Source: Eledone cirrhosa
Lineage: Eukaryota
NCBI GenBank assembly: GCA_964016885.1
Contig: OZ024743.1
Location: 217,186,001 to 217,250,000 of the forward strand
Length of the DNA stretch: 64,000 bases
Direction: 5' to 3'
Position 1 is the stretch's first letter. The number at the start of each line of letters is the position of its first letter. The notes beneath the pieces are model-generated. The model was not told the DNA's origin, ran no database searches, and saw nothing but the letters and a program-made list of their open reading frames with translations. Positions 14,132 through 29,833 of the stretch are shown piece after piece. The position numbers were made by a program, and so were the translations under genes.

Positions 14132-17100
14132 GCCATAATTATTGTTGTTTTTTCTTGTTTTGTTTAATTTTAAATTAATCTTTTACTTTTTCATTGAGTA
14201 GTCTAATTAGTTTAATGGCACACCGTCTATCAAAGTTTCGTATTTTCAACTAATTAACTTCACACTAGTATCGGAAAAAATCAATCTATTAACTTTTCGG
14301 TTTTGTCGTGCAATGAAACTCGTTATAATATGAACCAATTTAGGTATTCTAGTCAAGTGATTCTAATGATAGCTTCTATTTTATGACGCGAATATGAACT
14401 TAAGCAAAATGCAATCACACTACACATAAGTATATTATAAGTAACTAAAAGCAAACTTGTAATAAATACAAATATATCAATGGGATTGATGTGTTTTACT
14501 GGAACTATTTACTTACGATGAGGAGAATATTACGTAGTATTGAGAAAAATTATAATCCTTGAAGATATTTGATGCTCTTTTAATAGTTTGCAAATTTACA
14601 ATATAATGACTAAAATATCAGCCCACAGTCGTGCAAGCGCCGCTGTTTTCTATAAGTCTGATTTTCACATATTCATCTGGAATTTCATTTACACAAAAAT
14701 AAAACTTTACAAATCATTTTTTTATCTCTTATTAATTGCACATTTGTATCAATATTAAGAATGCTCATATTTAAATAATTATATTTTAGCATTTTGTGAT
14801 TCATTGAAAATAATATGATGATCCTCATAGACTTACATATACTTTGTTTAACACTGAACATTTTACATGTATTTACAAATGTAAAAGTCTCTAAATGAAT
14901 TTAAAGCATTCCAGCTTTATCATTTCTTCTCAAATTTAATAGGAAACACTCAATATATCGTTGTTTTTAGCTTTTGTAACCTTGACTATTGTATAATAAT
15001 TTCGGAATTTGTTATTTTAATGTGACTTTTTCCTGAAATATTGTAATGTGATAGGTTTCAATTTAACCTCAGGTCAGTCTCAAATATCATGGAAACTTGA
15101 AAACAAATTAGACATACCTACAATCAGAAATGTAAATTAAACGTGATAAAACTCTACCCATTGAACGCACAATGTTATTTTAGTCCCATCGACAATGCAA
15201 TGAAATAATTAATCCATAAAAATGTCCCCTGTTACAATTTATACTGCATGTCAATAACTTATCTACACACTTCAATTCTACATTAACACAAGCCCGATAT
15301 TCTTAATGACTTTTAACAGTACTTATGACTCATATTATATTTTATTCTGATTGTCTTAAGCAATTCTATGTACACTGAAGGCTTTAAACACAATGCTCCT
15401 TTAAAAACAATCTACAACATAGTATCTGTTGTTGGTAGTAATTGGTTTAGGGGGCGGGGTGGTTAAAATTAGCTTCATTACTCTATTGTATATAAAAATA
15501 GAAAGAAAAATGAAAAACATTACACTTGGCGTTTATTCATGGGTTATATATAAATACTTTTCGCAATACTAGGTACATTAACTTTGGGTAAAGGAACAAC
15601 ATTCTACACACTGCATGGTGCTGATATTTTATAGTCTGCACCTGACTATGTCTGAAAATAATGCACGCATTACTTTCTTATCAGATGTAACATAATACGT
15701 CAAGCACGATACAACATACTAAAAATACCAACTAATTTATGCTGGTTAATACAAAGAGAAAGAGAAGAATACCGATAGCTTTTTAAAACATTATTTGTTT
15801 AGTGGACAAGAGAATGATTCAGCTGTAGATTATATGAATTATTAATATAGCCAAATTCATTTGAATCATATGACAATTCCTGCCTAGTAGCTATAATCTA
15901 GAAGAGTAAGTTGTGTTGATGCTCGATAAAAATATCTATCATATACATCATGTATTTATAGTACATTAGTTTCAGAACACACTAATGACAATTATAGATT
16001 CAGATACCGATTTGTTTTAAAAGATTATCAAGTAACAAAACATTACAAGAAGTTCTAATAACGCTTTCGTATTCAAATAACCACGATATTTATTCGTAAG
16101 TAAATCTATTAATGTTTTTTTGTTGTTATTTGAACACATCATTTTGACCACATTGAGTTTTATGCACAGGTTCCGTCGCATCAATAAATAGGCATCTATT
16201 AAATCTTTTGAACTTATTCAGATGGTGTGCCAAGCTTATCCATTTCTCTGGGGCACTAATAAACTAGGTGGGGTTTCCAGATGTTAAAACACGTTTGCTT
16301 AATATTAAATTCGTATACCGAGATCTCGATATTGCTATTTTCTGTAATATCTGGAGGGTATACTTTGAATCATCATAAGGTGTCATTGAGAGATGAGTTC
16401 ATTTGTGTAGATAATATTAGTGTTGTTGCATTCTGGAAGGTTTGACTAATAAAGAGGTGTATGATTATTCCTAATATCCCAAGCTATCTAGGTTGAGTAT
16501 TTTCCAAAACGATTGTCGCTCATTTTTACGAGGAGTGCCTGGGTATTTGTGAATTGTCAATTATATAATTTCTCTGGATTCATTGTTCTATGTATCACCC
16601 ACACACTCACATACACACAAATATATATAATATATATATATGGAAAATTAAAATCCGATCGCAAAGCCTAGAGGTTTCCACTTGTATATAAAAGTAGAAA
16701 GAGAGAGAGAAAGGATGGTGTAAATGTGAGTTTATAGAAAAATAATACTTGATATTCTCTTGAAGCATATGATATAGTATATCAAACACAAAGTTTGAAG
16801 CTATGACAGTGGGATTACGAAATGGAACAAAGCCTAATCATTCTTTGTTTTTCTTTATATATTGATCAAAACATACCTATGAATGAAAATATACTATGAT
16901 ATTTGAAACAGGGATAACCAAGTTAAAATCAATAATCAACTCTCGATATTTATTTCTATTTTAACTGATTATTTGATAACATCAATAAATGAAATAGGAA
17001 AAAGGACTCAAAAACTGTTCTTGGTTTATTTCAAAATATTGCTGTAAAGTTTTTGATGTATATATATATATATATATAGTATTAAGGATACTATTTATGG

Positions 17101-17246
17101 TTATCTATATACTAAAACTTTTTATAGTTATATATATTTTAAACCCTAAACAGTGAAAGGCAGTAATTTATTACTACCTTATTACCAGTAAGATAAATAG
17201 CTCAATGTAATAACATCAGTTGTTCTACAGAGCAGTTATATAGAAT

Positions 17247-18600
<1,354 letters not shown>

Positions 18601-19632
18601 GATAACAAAATATCGTTATAGGTGATCCAATTAGAGGTTGTGAATACTTATTATTATGGATAGTTATAGTGTAAGGCGTTGCTTGACTCGACAAGCGGTT
18701 TACGTAGATGACGAGTTTATGATTTCACTTGTATTCCTGTGTAAGTTTATCTTGGAGTAATAAAATTGAAAAAGTGGAAATAACATGGTCAACAGTACAA
18801 AAAAGGGGATTTACTTGCAGTCTAACAATTGTTTCACTGATAGAGTTATCTAAAAATTGCTGAACACTAAAAACAGTGCCACTCAATTTTACATACGATG
18901 TTAACTCTACTAGATCATCGGAGACTGTTCAAAAAACATATGTAGCCGGCAAATTTAAAAATTCAAATTCCATCATCAATAATAATAGTAATAATAAAGA
19001 TATACATGCAGTAAAGAAAGAAAGGAAAGGAAGGAGAAAGGAAGGAGAAAGAAGAAGAAGGAAAAAGAAAAAGAAAAAGTGAAAGCAGAAGAAAAGGGGA
19101 AATTATTATAGATAGAAATATAAAGAGAGGAAGATATATAGAAGATGATGGTATATAGATGAGAGTCAACCATAAGTAAGAATAACGTAGGATAGAGAGA
19201 AGAATAGAGGGACAAATAGATGAATAAACGTTAATGCATGAATAAATGTAAATAAAAATAAAAATAGATATATAAAAATATATATGAAAAAATGGTGAAA
19301 ATATGATAATGTTAAATATATGTATGTGTGTATTGGTTATTTTAATAAATTAATTAATTAATTAGTTTTAAGTTATAGTATATGATTAAATAAAATGACA
19401 GAGATGAAATAAATTGAGGGAGAAAAATATTAAGATAAAGAGTGAAAATAGAGATATATAAAATAAGAATGTAAATATAAGAGGTTTTGATAAATGGTGA
19501 CAATTTTAATTATAATTATAATTATAATGATGATGATGTTGATAATGTGATATCATAATAGATCTAAGTGGTACAATCTGCGTTATGGAATAGAAAAGAT
19601 GGAATAAAGCTGGTCTAAAGGATTGTACCTTT

Positions 19633-19660
<28 letters not shown>

Positions 19661-19663
<3 letters not shown>

Positions 19664-19864
19664 GGAAAATGTTTAACCGCAACGGCAGAGCTCCAGCCGT
19701 TTCGACGGCTATTTCTGTACTGGAATAGCCAGAAATAGCCGTCGAAACGGTTTGAGCTCTGCCGTCGGGGTTAAACATTTTCCTATTACCCACAATACTA
19801 CTCTAAGTATTGAGTACTCTGGTACGTCATGATCCATCTGGTTCCTTACCAAACCTCCTTCGTT
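19661..19864 (+). mobile_element. Foldback-plus-tail element, family F, copy 1
   Basis: Arms 19661-19717 / 19730-19786, then a ~78-bp one-sided tail ending CCTTCGTT; (TA)n on both sides; homologous to the 42.1 and 53-54 kb copies. Confidence 0.8.
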
Positions 19865-20144
19865 TTATATATATATATATATATTGACTAGGGCTCATGC
19901 ATTTCCGAGAGAAATAAATTTATTTATGAAAGAACTGGGTAATAATACTCCTGCTTAATCATTGTGCATTGTCTGAGGAAACACAACATACGATATTTGC
20001 ATGTATGATCTTTATTGTTCCTGTAAGGGGCAGTTTTATATGTTCTATGGAGTTTTCATTGCGTCATGGTTGAATGAATAGACGCAGGCTCATCTGAAAC
20101 TGACGCATCTTTAGAAATTCTCCACAATTATATTGACAACGGAC

Positions 20145-20295
20145 GGCAAGGTTTCAGTGTCGATAGAGCGTTGTATAGAAGGTTCTACATTATACGTTCT
20201 GGCAATTTGCTGATTTCAAATCTCACAGAGGTCAAATTTGACCTCCATTCTTGTGAAGTCGATAAACATGTAACTATCCAGTAATGGAGTCGATT
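20145..20295 (+). mobile_element. Old degenerate SINE
   Basis: GATTTCAAATCTCACAGAGGTCAAATTTGACCTCCATTC..GTCGATAAA..CCAGTAATGGAGTCGAT resembles the family consensus. Confidence 0.5.
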
Positions 20296-20498
20296 ATTTC
20301 TGCATGTATAGTTCTCACTTACTCTCTATCATTATCTCCGTCCCCCGGAAGAACTGGATTCGTTCAGACCCGGAGAGAGATGGGCAACGCTAGGTTTTAA
20401 ATAATTTAGACACACCGTTTATCATGTCAGTACAGCGTAATATATATATATCATGTTTAACTGGAGTTATCACAAGCGTTGCCTTTAAAAAATATTAA

Positions 20499-20944
20499 AC
20501 TAGACCTGAAAAATGCGAAAGCTCAAAAGAGCCACAGAATGTTAAAATATACCTTCAAAGGTATGGGACTAGAGTTGTTGCTCAAAAATATTGTAATCAT
20601 TATCTATCGTACACTCTGTGGCATCCTTTTATAAAAAAGAGATTCATAACGAACTCAAGACGACACGATAATTATTTGAGTGAATTTATAATATAGAATT
20701 CGGTTTAAGTGCATTACGTATTAATCATTACTAAACATCTAATATGAGATATTGAACATTATCTTAAATAGTTATCCTATCGTCTTGAGTTCGTTATGAA
20801 TCTCTTTTTTATAAAAGGATGCCACAGAGTGTACGATAGATAATGATTACAATATTTTTGAGCAACAACTCTAGTCCCACACTTTTGAAGGTTTATTATA
20901 ACATTATGTGGCTCTTTTGATCTTGCACATTTTTCAGGTCTAGT
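20499..20944. repeat. Long inverted repeat (about 180-bp arms, 82-bp spacer)
   Basis: 20499-20680 vs 20763-20944, with a 100-bp perfectly matching core (20564-20663 / 20780-20879). Confidence 0.9.
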
Positions 20945-21279
20945 AATTTATGGTCAGATTTCATCGTGTCATTTTTTCATTTTAATATCTGGGTTTGGTA
21001 AAGTAGTATCAGTCAAAACATGGGGCTCTATACAATTGATTACTCTATGCAATTGTTGCTGATGTTATTAATATTTTTGTAGGTATTATTCTGGAATTAT
21101 TAACGATGTTATGCAGCAACTCGCTTTATCTAATAATTGTTTCCATTTCTAAATTAAGCATGAAGTCGCATATTTACATAGAAGGAACGTGATCATTTGA
21201 CACGTTTCAAATTCCTGACAAATTAAGTAACCAAGTGAAGCAGTGACAGCTAGTAATAGGAAATATTACAGAAAACAAT

Positions 21280-21690
21280 GTCTGCAAAAAGGTCAGCAAT
21301 TTGAAGGTCAAGGGAAATGACGATTAAATTGACCCCAGTTCGTATGGATAAAATATGTTTTACTCGATGTGATTTGAACTCAGAACGTACAGGGACATAA
21401 CTCTATGCCACAAAGCATGCTGTCCATCTCTCTACCAATTCTGCCAAACTTCCTTCCTCTCTGCGCCATCAATGGTGTTTGTTATTGGTACAAGGCTAAC
21501 AATTTTGTGTGAGGTGAAATTCGGTTAGCTCGATCTCAGTGCGTTACTGTTACTTTATTGTATCGAGCACGTATGGATGAAAGGCAAAGTTAACCACAGT
21601 GCAATTTGAATTTAGAACGTAAAGAGCCGCAACTATATGCTGAAAAGCATCTTATCCCAGGCTCTACCGATGCTACCAATCCTACACCCA
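21280..21690 (-). mobile_element. Two adjacent degenerate SINE copies
   Basis: GATTTGAACTCAGAACGTA (about 21371) and GGATGAAAGGCAAAGTTAACC..TTTGAATTTAGAACGTAAAG (about 21575-21625). Confidence 0.7.
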
Positions 21691-23216
21691 CACTGTGAAA
21701 ATAATATAAACAATAACACTTTGCTATGAAATCCCATATGTATGTAGTAAAATCAAACTTAGCAGGATTTACATTCAAATACTGAAGATTCAGTATCAAC
21801 AAGTTTAAGTCTTTTTCGTGCCATAATTTGGAGGTGAAAATAAGGAAGTGAAATACAAGCATTTAGAAGATACGTATTCTCCTGATAACTTTGCGAGACC
21901 ACTCCTGTCTTCATATTTATGTAAAACTTTATGTATTGATTTTATTTAAGCACCTTTGTTAAATTATACTTGGAACTAGTGTTGATTGTTTGCAAATCTT
22001 ACGCAGTGGTTTTGAAATTAAATTTTAACGAACGCGGTAACCTATACTGGACATTTGAAATGCAAAATCACACACGTTGTAATTTAAACTATAATATTTA
22101 TGACACGGAATTAGTTAATAAAATTACAAATGTAAATCATAAGAGACAACCACAACTATTTTATTGCCAAATTTTTAGAAATTTATCATTTTTTCACGAA
22201 TAAATACTGAAGGAATTTCTATCTCTGAATTTACAGAGAATTCCTAGACTTTCGGTTGTACTATTTTTTGACATTTACTCTGTTTCTTTCACATTCTACT
22301 CTTTATGCTATAACTTTCCCTCGCTATTCCTAAAATAAAGTCCATCTGTCTGACATGGGTCGTGCCCCTTAAGTTAATTTATACCGGATATAGAACCTAT
22401 ATGACATGTTTGCAGCTGACATAAATCTCTTTTCCTGTCAGAAATAGACTAACCTAACTTCATTGACTCAAGCATTAACGTCAGCTTCAATTGTATGGTT
22501 TACATTCAGACTTGTTCTAATTATAGTCGTCTTCTTCGACTGTAATATATAGAAGTGGCCAAGGCTGAGTTGCAAATAAACCCGCCTCACAAGTAATATG
22601 TACTTGTTCAATTCCACTGCGTGGCATATTGCGCTAGCGCCTTTACCATAGCCTTTGATTGACACAAGCCTTATGAGTGAAATTAGTAAAAGGTAAAATG
22701 GTATAGAATATTGTTTAAAAGGTTACACCTGAATTTCAAAGGTCGAGCTTGGTCACATTTCGTTACGTTAATTTGTTTTGGAAAATAGGTTAATAGAGTA
22801 CATCTCTATAGAATACTCAACTCCTTACAATTTAATACATGAAGTTGACGTCCATTTGATCAAACAACTGAATACTCATCGTCGAAATTCAAGGTGAATC
22901 AATCTTAAATTACAATGATTGCTACTACTTATGGTAGTCATTAGTCATGATGGAGAAAGGAGGTTAATTATGAAGATGATAATGATAATTATGAGAATAA
23001 TCAACATGAAGAGGAGGGTGAACATTGTAGTGGTGGTTGTATTGTTGATGGTAATGCTCTCTCGACTGTCAATTTTATAATTTTATTAGCTTTCATTTTT
23101 AAATTTGTGTACTTTCCTCATCATTCCTCCCTTGATCGTGATCACCACCAGCACATCCACCACCATCAACGCCAGTTTCTATATTTTTCTCTTCATTTAT
23201 TTGATTTTCATTTTCT

Positions 23217-23264
<48 letters not shown>

Positions 23265-23299
23265 AATATTAGTAGTTTATTTTACATAACAATAATAAT

Positions 23300-24632
23300 G
23301 ATTTCATTTATTGGCCACAAGGGCCGACATATAGGGGACAATACAAACGACTGGGAGGGCGGGGTTTTACAGAAAAATCGAGTAAACAAAATGAATAACA
23401 ATAACAAAGTAACAAGAAAAATACAAGAAAAATTCCCCAATAGGGGGGATGACCACCCAGGGTTCGCTCAGGAATCCCACCAATCCTGAATGACCCGACG
23501 CTTCGAGAACAGCCTGGAAGGGCACCCCTCTCCTCCTCAAATTTACCCACCTACAGGCGTATGACCAGAGTATGCCCACTCATACGGGCAATTCTCTCCA
23601 CATTCAACCACCTTTCAGCAAATGTACTGGTGGCAGCACTTCTCTCTCCACCCTCAACTTCTTTCCAAGTGAAACTTGAAAAAGTTGATGAGAGATTGGC
23701 CGAAGAGAAAAGTGTCTGTCTTCAGTCCTTTCAACCTGGTCCACCATACAACCTCTTTCCTAATGCCACCAGACAGAAGAAAATTTCCTGCCCTTCCTGG
23801 CCGAAAGAAGGCGGCGGGTGGATCTTCACTATGGACCCGGCCGATAGCCGGATCCGTTCTACACGCGACAACAGCTGTTCGATATAACTCCACAAGTCAG
23901 TAATGCACGGACACTGGACGAGTGCGTGCAGAACGGTTTTGTCGCTCTGCGCGCATCTTGGGCAGGTCCATCTGACAGCACTTCCATGCCAGTAGAGTTG
24001 ATCTCGAACCGGCAGTGCCCCCCGGTAGAACTGCCAAGCGAAGGATTTGGGGGAATTATCCATCGTCTCCGGCTCGAAAGTCCTCCGGAACAGACTGGTT
24101 AGTTCGACTTCGTCGACCCCCAGAGCCTCTCCGAGTGCGTCGTCGCCTCTATAGAACTCGAGAGTGGAAGTTCCACTGACCGCATTGCCCGCCTGGTAGA
24201 GGGCAGTCAGTGCCTGGCAACATTCCAGATGCCACTCACCCAGTCTCGGTCTCTTCTTGACCCAGGACTGCAGCTCAGTCAAAGAGACGAGCTGCGGAAA
24301 GGCCCGTCTGACAAACGGCGACCATACCTGTTCACCTTTTAGGCAGAATATTTGGAGATGCCGCAGCCACAGCGCGTGTCTGCGCATCATTAGCCACGGC
24401 ATGCCCAGCCCTCCACGTAGAGGATTCTGGCAGCAGATGAACCGCCTCACCAGCGGAACCTGGCCCCTCCACAAGAATTTGGCAAGAGATAGCTTCCTCC
24501 CAGCCCATTGTTGGGTGAGACTGGCTACTCTGCCCGTCACCTCGTCCCAATTCTTATCCATCTGGAGGTCTGGCCCGAACCAAACGCCGAGCAACTTTAC
24601 CGGCCCGTCGGTCCAGCGCCTAACGACGCTAA
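23300..24632 (-). mobile_element. 5'-truncated L1/Tx1-clade LINE (RT C-terminus, zf-RVT, 3' UTR)
   Basis: KLLGVWFG..WAGRKLSL, GGLG, CPRC..TVLHALVQC zinc knuckle; frameshifted tail ends at TAG about 23551; 3' end CCCTTGTGGCCAATAAA. Confidence 0.88.
23551..24630 (-). pseudogene. Disrupted Tx1-like ORF2 fragment
   Basis: ORF 23731-24594 plus a frameshifted continuation KEVVWWTRLKG...; apparent internal deletion at KLSL|AKFLW. Confidence 0.8.
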
Positions 24633-25844
24633 CAACAGTATTAATAATGATAATGACGTTGCATTAACATATTTTAGATCATATAATAATTAGAAACATG
24701 TTGAAGTTAAAAATCATTAATTATTAATATTTTATGAAGGTTTCATCACCAAAAATAAATAGAAAACCGAATTAATTATATATAACATGTTTTCTGTCCT
24801 AGTGATTCTTCTACTTTGTACAGAATCATATATTTATATTTGTTTTATGTTGTTATTGTGCTTTTCTGTTATTTTTTTTTTCGTAATCATCGACCTGGTT
24901 TCTGCTCGGATCGTTGCGTAATTTTGTTTGACAATGAGGGACAATATCACAGTTATCCGTGCCCTAGTGATCCCGTATTTTAACATGAGAAGGCCGCTTA
25001 TAGAAGGCAACCAGGAGATACAAGTATTTTGTATGGTGCTCTACTCAGTCTACCATTCAATTTCTTCTGTTCTTTGCTGTTTTTATTATATCGCCAATGG
25101 AATCAAATATCTAGATATAGGATGCGATATGCCGCGGCACGTTTACCACCTCCAACTTAGTCGCTTCGGTCACAATCTCCTTACCGCGGCCCCCAATACA
25201 GAGGGAAGCGTTATAAGCAAATACCGGCCCTTGTCTAGTCGCTTCTTATTCGTACCATTCGCCGCCGAGATTTCAAGCGTTCTCGGGCCCATACAGCCTA
25301 TGTACTTCGTAAAATCGGAATGAAAGCAGCTCGTCAGAAGAAGAAACCCGCGAGGTGGGATGGCTGTTGCAGCTAGTGTCGCTGGCCATTTTCCGTGGAA
25401 ATGCCTTTGCCATTTTTCCAGGACACATCTGAAACACCGCTGAATTATGTGTAGGGTCTCCTTTCCTATCCCTGTTTTCGTTGCGCAATTATCCTTGCCC
25501 TTTTACTCTATTTTCTTTCGTTTATAGCATTTATAGTGTATTCCAATGCTACTTTTTCTTTCTATATGTTTGACTAAATATTAGATTCTTTAATATTTTT
25601 ATGTAATTTTATCCTAGAAATATATTTGAGCGTTTTGAAATAAAATATTGCTTTTATGAATTGATAAATAAAAAAAAAGAATTGAGATATGATGTAGTGT
25701 ATTTTTTTTTAACATGACATCATAAATAGATACATTATACGTTATCTATAATCGTAATGGAATGTTAATTCAGAATATATAAGCCGAAAGAGATAGCGCA
25801 CCAGCTGCGCCCTCCAATATTTAAACTATTATTTCAATCCACCT

Positions 25845-25995
25845 CGCTGGAATGAAACTTCATTGACCGATCCTACCATGATAGAAGGTAGATAAATATC
25901 GTCTCAGCGGGAAGTGAACTCAGAAATTAGACAGGCTGAACGAATAATGCAAAATATTGTATTCGTTCTTCTAAGCACACCGTCCATTCACAGCC
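25845..25995 (-). mobile_element. Old degenerate SINE
   Basis: GTCTCAGCGGGAAGTGAACTCAGAA resembles the reverse complement of the family core. Confidence 0.45.
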
Positions 25996-26082
25996 ATATA
26001 ACTTATGAATTACTAGAGAAAATTATGAATTATATTATTCATTTTAGACAATCCTATCAATACAGGCACACAGTCTAACAAT

Positions 26083-26117
<35 letters not shown>

Positions 26118-27949
26118 GGGCGGGGGGTGGGGGTTATGTATATGTTTGTGTATTTGTTTTTGCAAGATTCCTGATATGACATATAGACAAGATGGGGTAA
26201 ACGGATTAAAACCGAAATGCAAAGTAGACACAGAGCAGGTCAAATAGTCATTGAGGAGATCACAAAATATGTGAGGAAAGGGCTTTGACGAACTAACTAA
26301 TAACCAATAATATTGCTGAAGTGAAAGCTGAATAGTTGAATAAATAGGATAGATATAAAGTTAAATAGATAAATAGATATATAGATAGTCGTGGATTTCG
26401 TTCTAATAAATATATAAAGACCTAGATGGAGTTAATTTATTTTTTCTATCTCTACGTATCAATCTCTTCTGAAAAAAAAAGTAAATGCTGTATGAAATGA
26501 ACACGTTGTTTGCTATATTATTCTACGATAAATTATGTATTGAGTTACAATCCATATACAAGACTTCCATAAAAAATAGATGGGAGTGTAAAAGTAATAC
26601 ATATATACAATAAATTTTATATAAAATGTCTTCACACTTGAAATTTATAGCATAACACTTTGTGATTTTATTAATGAAAAGAAACTCTCATGCAAATAAA
26701 ACTATATCGTTAGTCCAATAAATCATTGATTGTGTTATAAAAGTGAAGGGATGTAACAAATATAATAGAAACACCAGGACAGTCAAAATTAATATACATG
26801 CCAAACTTAAATACTATACCATTACTCTTATATACATAAATAGTTTGTTTTTTCTTGTGTCACACAATTCTCTTGCATGTAAAGGCTTAAACAAATATAC
26901 TTTCTGCTTTAAGTAAAAAGGTAGGCTTCAAGATATCATTCTGGTAAATTGCCATTCACATCATTCTATTGCACACCCACACACACACACACATACATGC
27001 ACACATGCACATGACATACACACACAAGTACAAACATTTGTATATACATATTTATATTTATTATATAAATGTTTTCTAGTATGCTTGTTATTTTATTAGC
27101 ATTGTATTATACAGCACACAGACAACATATATATATATATACACACAGAGAGCACACGCGCATGATATAAATATGTGTGTGCGTGTGCGTGTGCGTGATA
27201 AGAACTAACCAACAAATACAATAAGAGAAAGAAATAACTTTCAATAATGGGAGCCAGTCTTCTGTAATCTTGGATATTTGACAAGTTATCAGAAACTTTA
27301 ATACAGAGCAACACATTAGAAAAGAGTTGGAATCTGGCCACAATTCTTAAACTAGAATTATAAAACTGAATCACACGAGTTGGAATAAATGGTAAGAATA
27401 CCAATACATTGATACATCTCTTTCATTATTAAAAACAAATAGACTTTTGCTTTACTAAAACCTATATTCATCTGTCAATAATTCAAATTTGATATATCAT
27501 TGGCCTTATATTTTACAAGTAAATAAATAGGCTGTGAGTAAAATTTGAACTTATATTTGTGGCTTTTAATAATTTGTAATTTGTTGTAAAACAATTCTTA
27601 TATTTACGAGCCCTTAGTGAAACAAGAATATTTATGTCTTAAAAATAAAAGTTAACAAAAATCTGCGAATTTGTGATGTTAGTGGTGTACCATTAAAGCA
27701 ATCATTAATTATTCCCGTGAGCGGTGTAATACAATTAGAAGTCAGCCTACAGAAATAATGTTATCTGTTGGACAACCAATTGGGCCTCCAACTAAATCAT
27801 AGCACGGTTTCTAACTGTCTCAGTTTTACCAGAAAAGAAACAACTCGACGTAAGATTAGAACTTTGTTATATATTTTAAAATATGCATGGTAAAGTGCTG
27901 AGATGCTCTCAAGTCAACGATTTTATCTAATGAAAAATTGCAGGTAAAT

Positions 27950-28740
27950 TGGAAAAGACGATGAATCACCGTTTATGAATTTCAAATCCGGAATATTCTT
28001 GATCACATCCCTCTGTGGTTGCCACAAGCTTTATAAAGGAAACCCAACACGGCAATTCAAAATATGTCAGGATTTTTGCTAAAAGGTTTCTCTCCATAAA
28101 CGCCTTATAAATCATGGCGTGGGATATTGCAGCAATACTTCCCTACAAAATACTCAGTATCTGCAACCCATCAGAAAATATAGCAATGCCACACACAGTT
28201 TTACAAAGATCTATTACATTCAGACATACGGAAAGTCTGCCAACCTCTATTGGCATGACCTGCATACTCAAACAAAGCTCTCTGCATTAAAATATTATAT
28301 TATTAATTTGAGATATATTTTCAAAGCCCCTCTCCATCAGGCTGATACGGAGTATTTTGGTCAAGTGCCCAACCAACAGCATAGACATTTTGGAAACACA
28401 TAAAAACGATGAAATTTGTCAAGAGTGCAATATATCAAATATTAAACATTCAGTTCATAGTCAGCTAATTCGTGGATCCTAATCAACACCGATACTCAAT
28501 AGTTATAGCTTGCCAATTTTCTAAAACTCTTATTTATCATACTTTACTCTCAAACACACTTTACCCACAATGCACACTTTAGTGTAACTGGTAAAATCTA
28601 GACCTACCATTTATAAAAAATGATGTTTTCTACGTAAATAGGAATCAGAACATTGATATCCTGAAGATGCTACGATAATCTACGTATCCTGTACTTCAGT
28701 TCTCAATAATAAAAGTCCTCACATTTATTAATTTGACACT
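27950..28740 (+). mobile_element. Possible decayed Penelope-like RT relic
   Basis: Weak motifs SPFMN..KLYKGNPT..YKILSICN, in the order of PLE RT (LPFLD..VYRKPT..A..IC); CCTGAAGATG and AATAAA downstream at about 28660-28715. Confidence 0.25.
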
Positions 28741-29748
28741 AGGCAAAATTATTTTTTTGGTAGGACGAAAATGCATGAACTGCAATGGTAGAACTGCACG
28801 CTAAATACCTTGCAGTAGTTAGTTTTGTTGCTCTAATTATTATTCAAACGTCTACTCTGCATTTCATTCATCCTAGATGAATTCAACAGTACCAGTTATG
28901 TGCTGTCGTCAATTTGATCTCTTCTACACCGATTTTATTTGCAAAAATGCAATGAAAAATCAATCTTAATACATATTTGATTTTCTGTCACAATATTCAA
29001 AGGAGCCGTGAATTTGTATGAAGCAGTTTTAACAGCCTGTCATATCTTAAATAATGTTATCACACTTAATTTGTTTCCGCCACATCCCCACACAGAATAC
29101 TAGACGTTCAAACAGTTTCTAAATTGTTACCTTGTCAACTGATTTCATTACTAATCCTGTTTTCAAACTGTTACACAAGCTGGAATTAATAATGCGTTTA
29201 AAATCTCACCCATTTCTGGTTCTGTTTTGTTTTTCTCTTTTCCAAACTAAACATCAATATTCAATTATTGGTTGATTTAAAACAAAATAAAACATAATAG
29301 TAATTTTAAAATTTTGAATGTGCAGCAAAGATTGGAAGACAAAAATGTTAACATTGTCAGTTTATGTTGAGTTGTATAGCGAAGCATTTGTATCATTAAC
29401 CCTGTTTCATAAGAGAGTCACGAATTGAAGGAGCTAGTTACAATTACCTCTTAGATGTATTTTTAAAATGGAAAGGGTATTTCGTACCGTCATATTACGT
29501 TCTCAGTTCGAATTCCACTGAGGTCGAATCCCCAGATAGATTTAAATACACCTAGGTTGAATACTCAGATGAGTTAAACGCTCAGAGACCAGATACTATG
29601 ATAGATTTATCCCACCATGTCTGAATATTCAGACAGACTTAATTAGTCTAAGGAGGATTAGTATCATCTATTAAATATGCACCTCATCCACCACGAATAT
29701 TGCTATTGTTGTACAAACTTTGGAAATCTTTACCATCATTAACATTGA

Positions 29749-29750
<2 letters not shown>

Positions 29751-29831
<81 letters not shown>

Positions 29832-29833
29832 CT
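29751..29833. repeat. (CT)n microsatellite
   Basis: Direct reading. Confidence 0.95.

Noticed and set aside
13738-14138. Alternative frames over the candidate exon (13839 +, 13793 -, 13738 -), including a possible Sec readthrough at TGA 13824
   Set aside because: They lack coherent features; the minus ORF is the antisense shadow; no SECIS element was identified.
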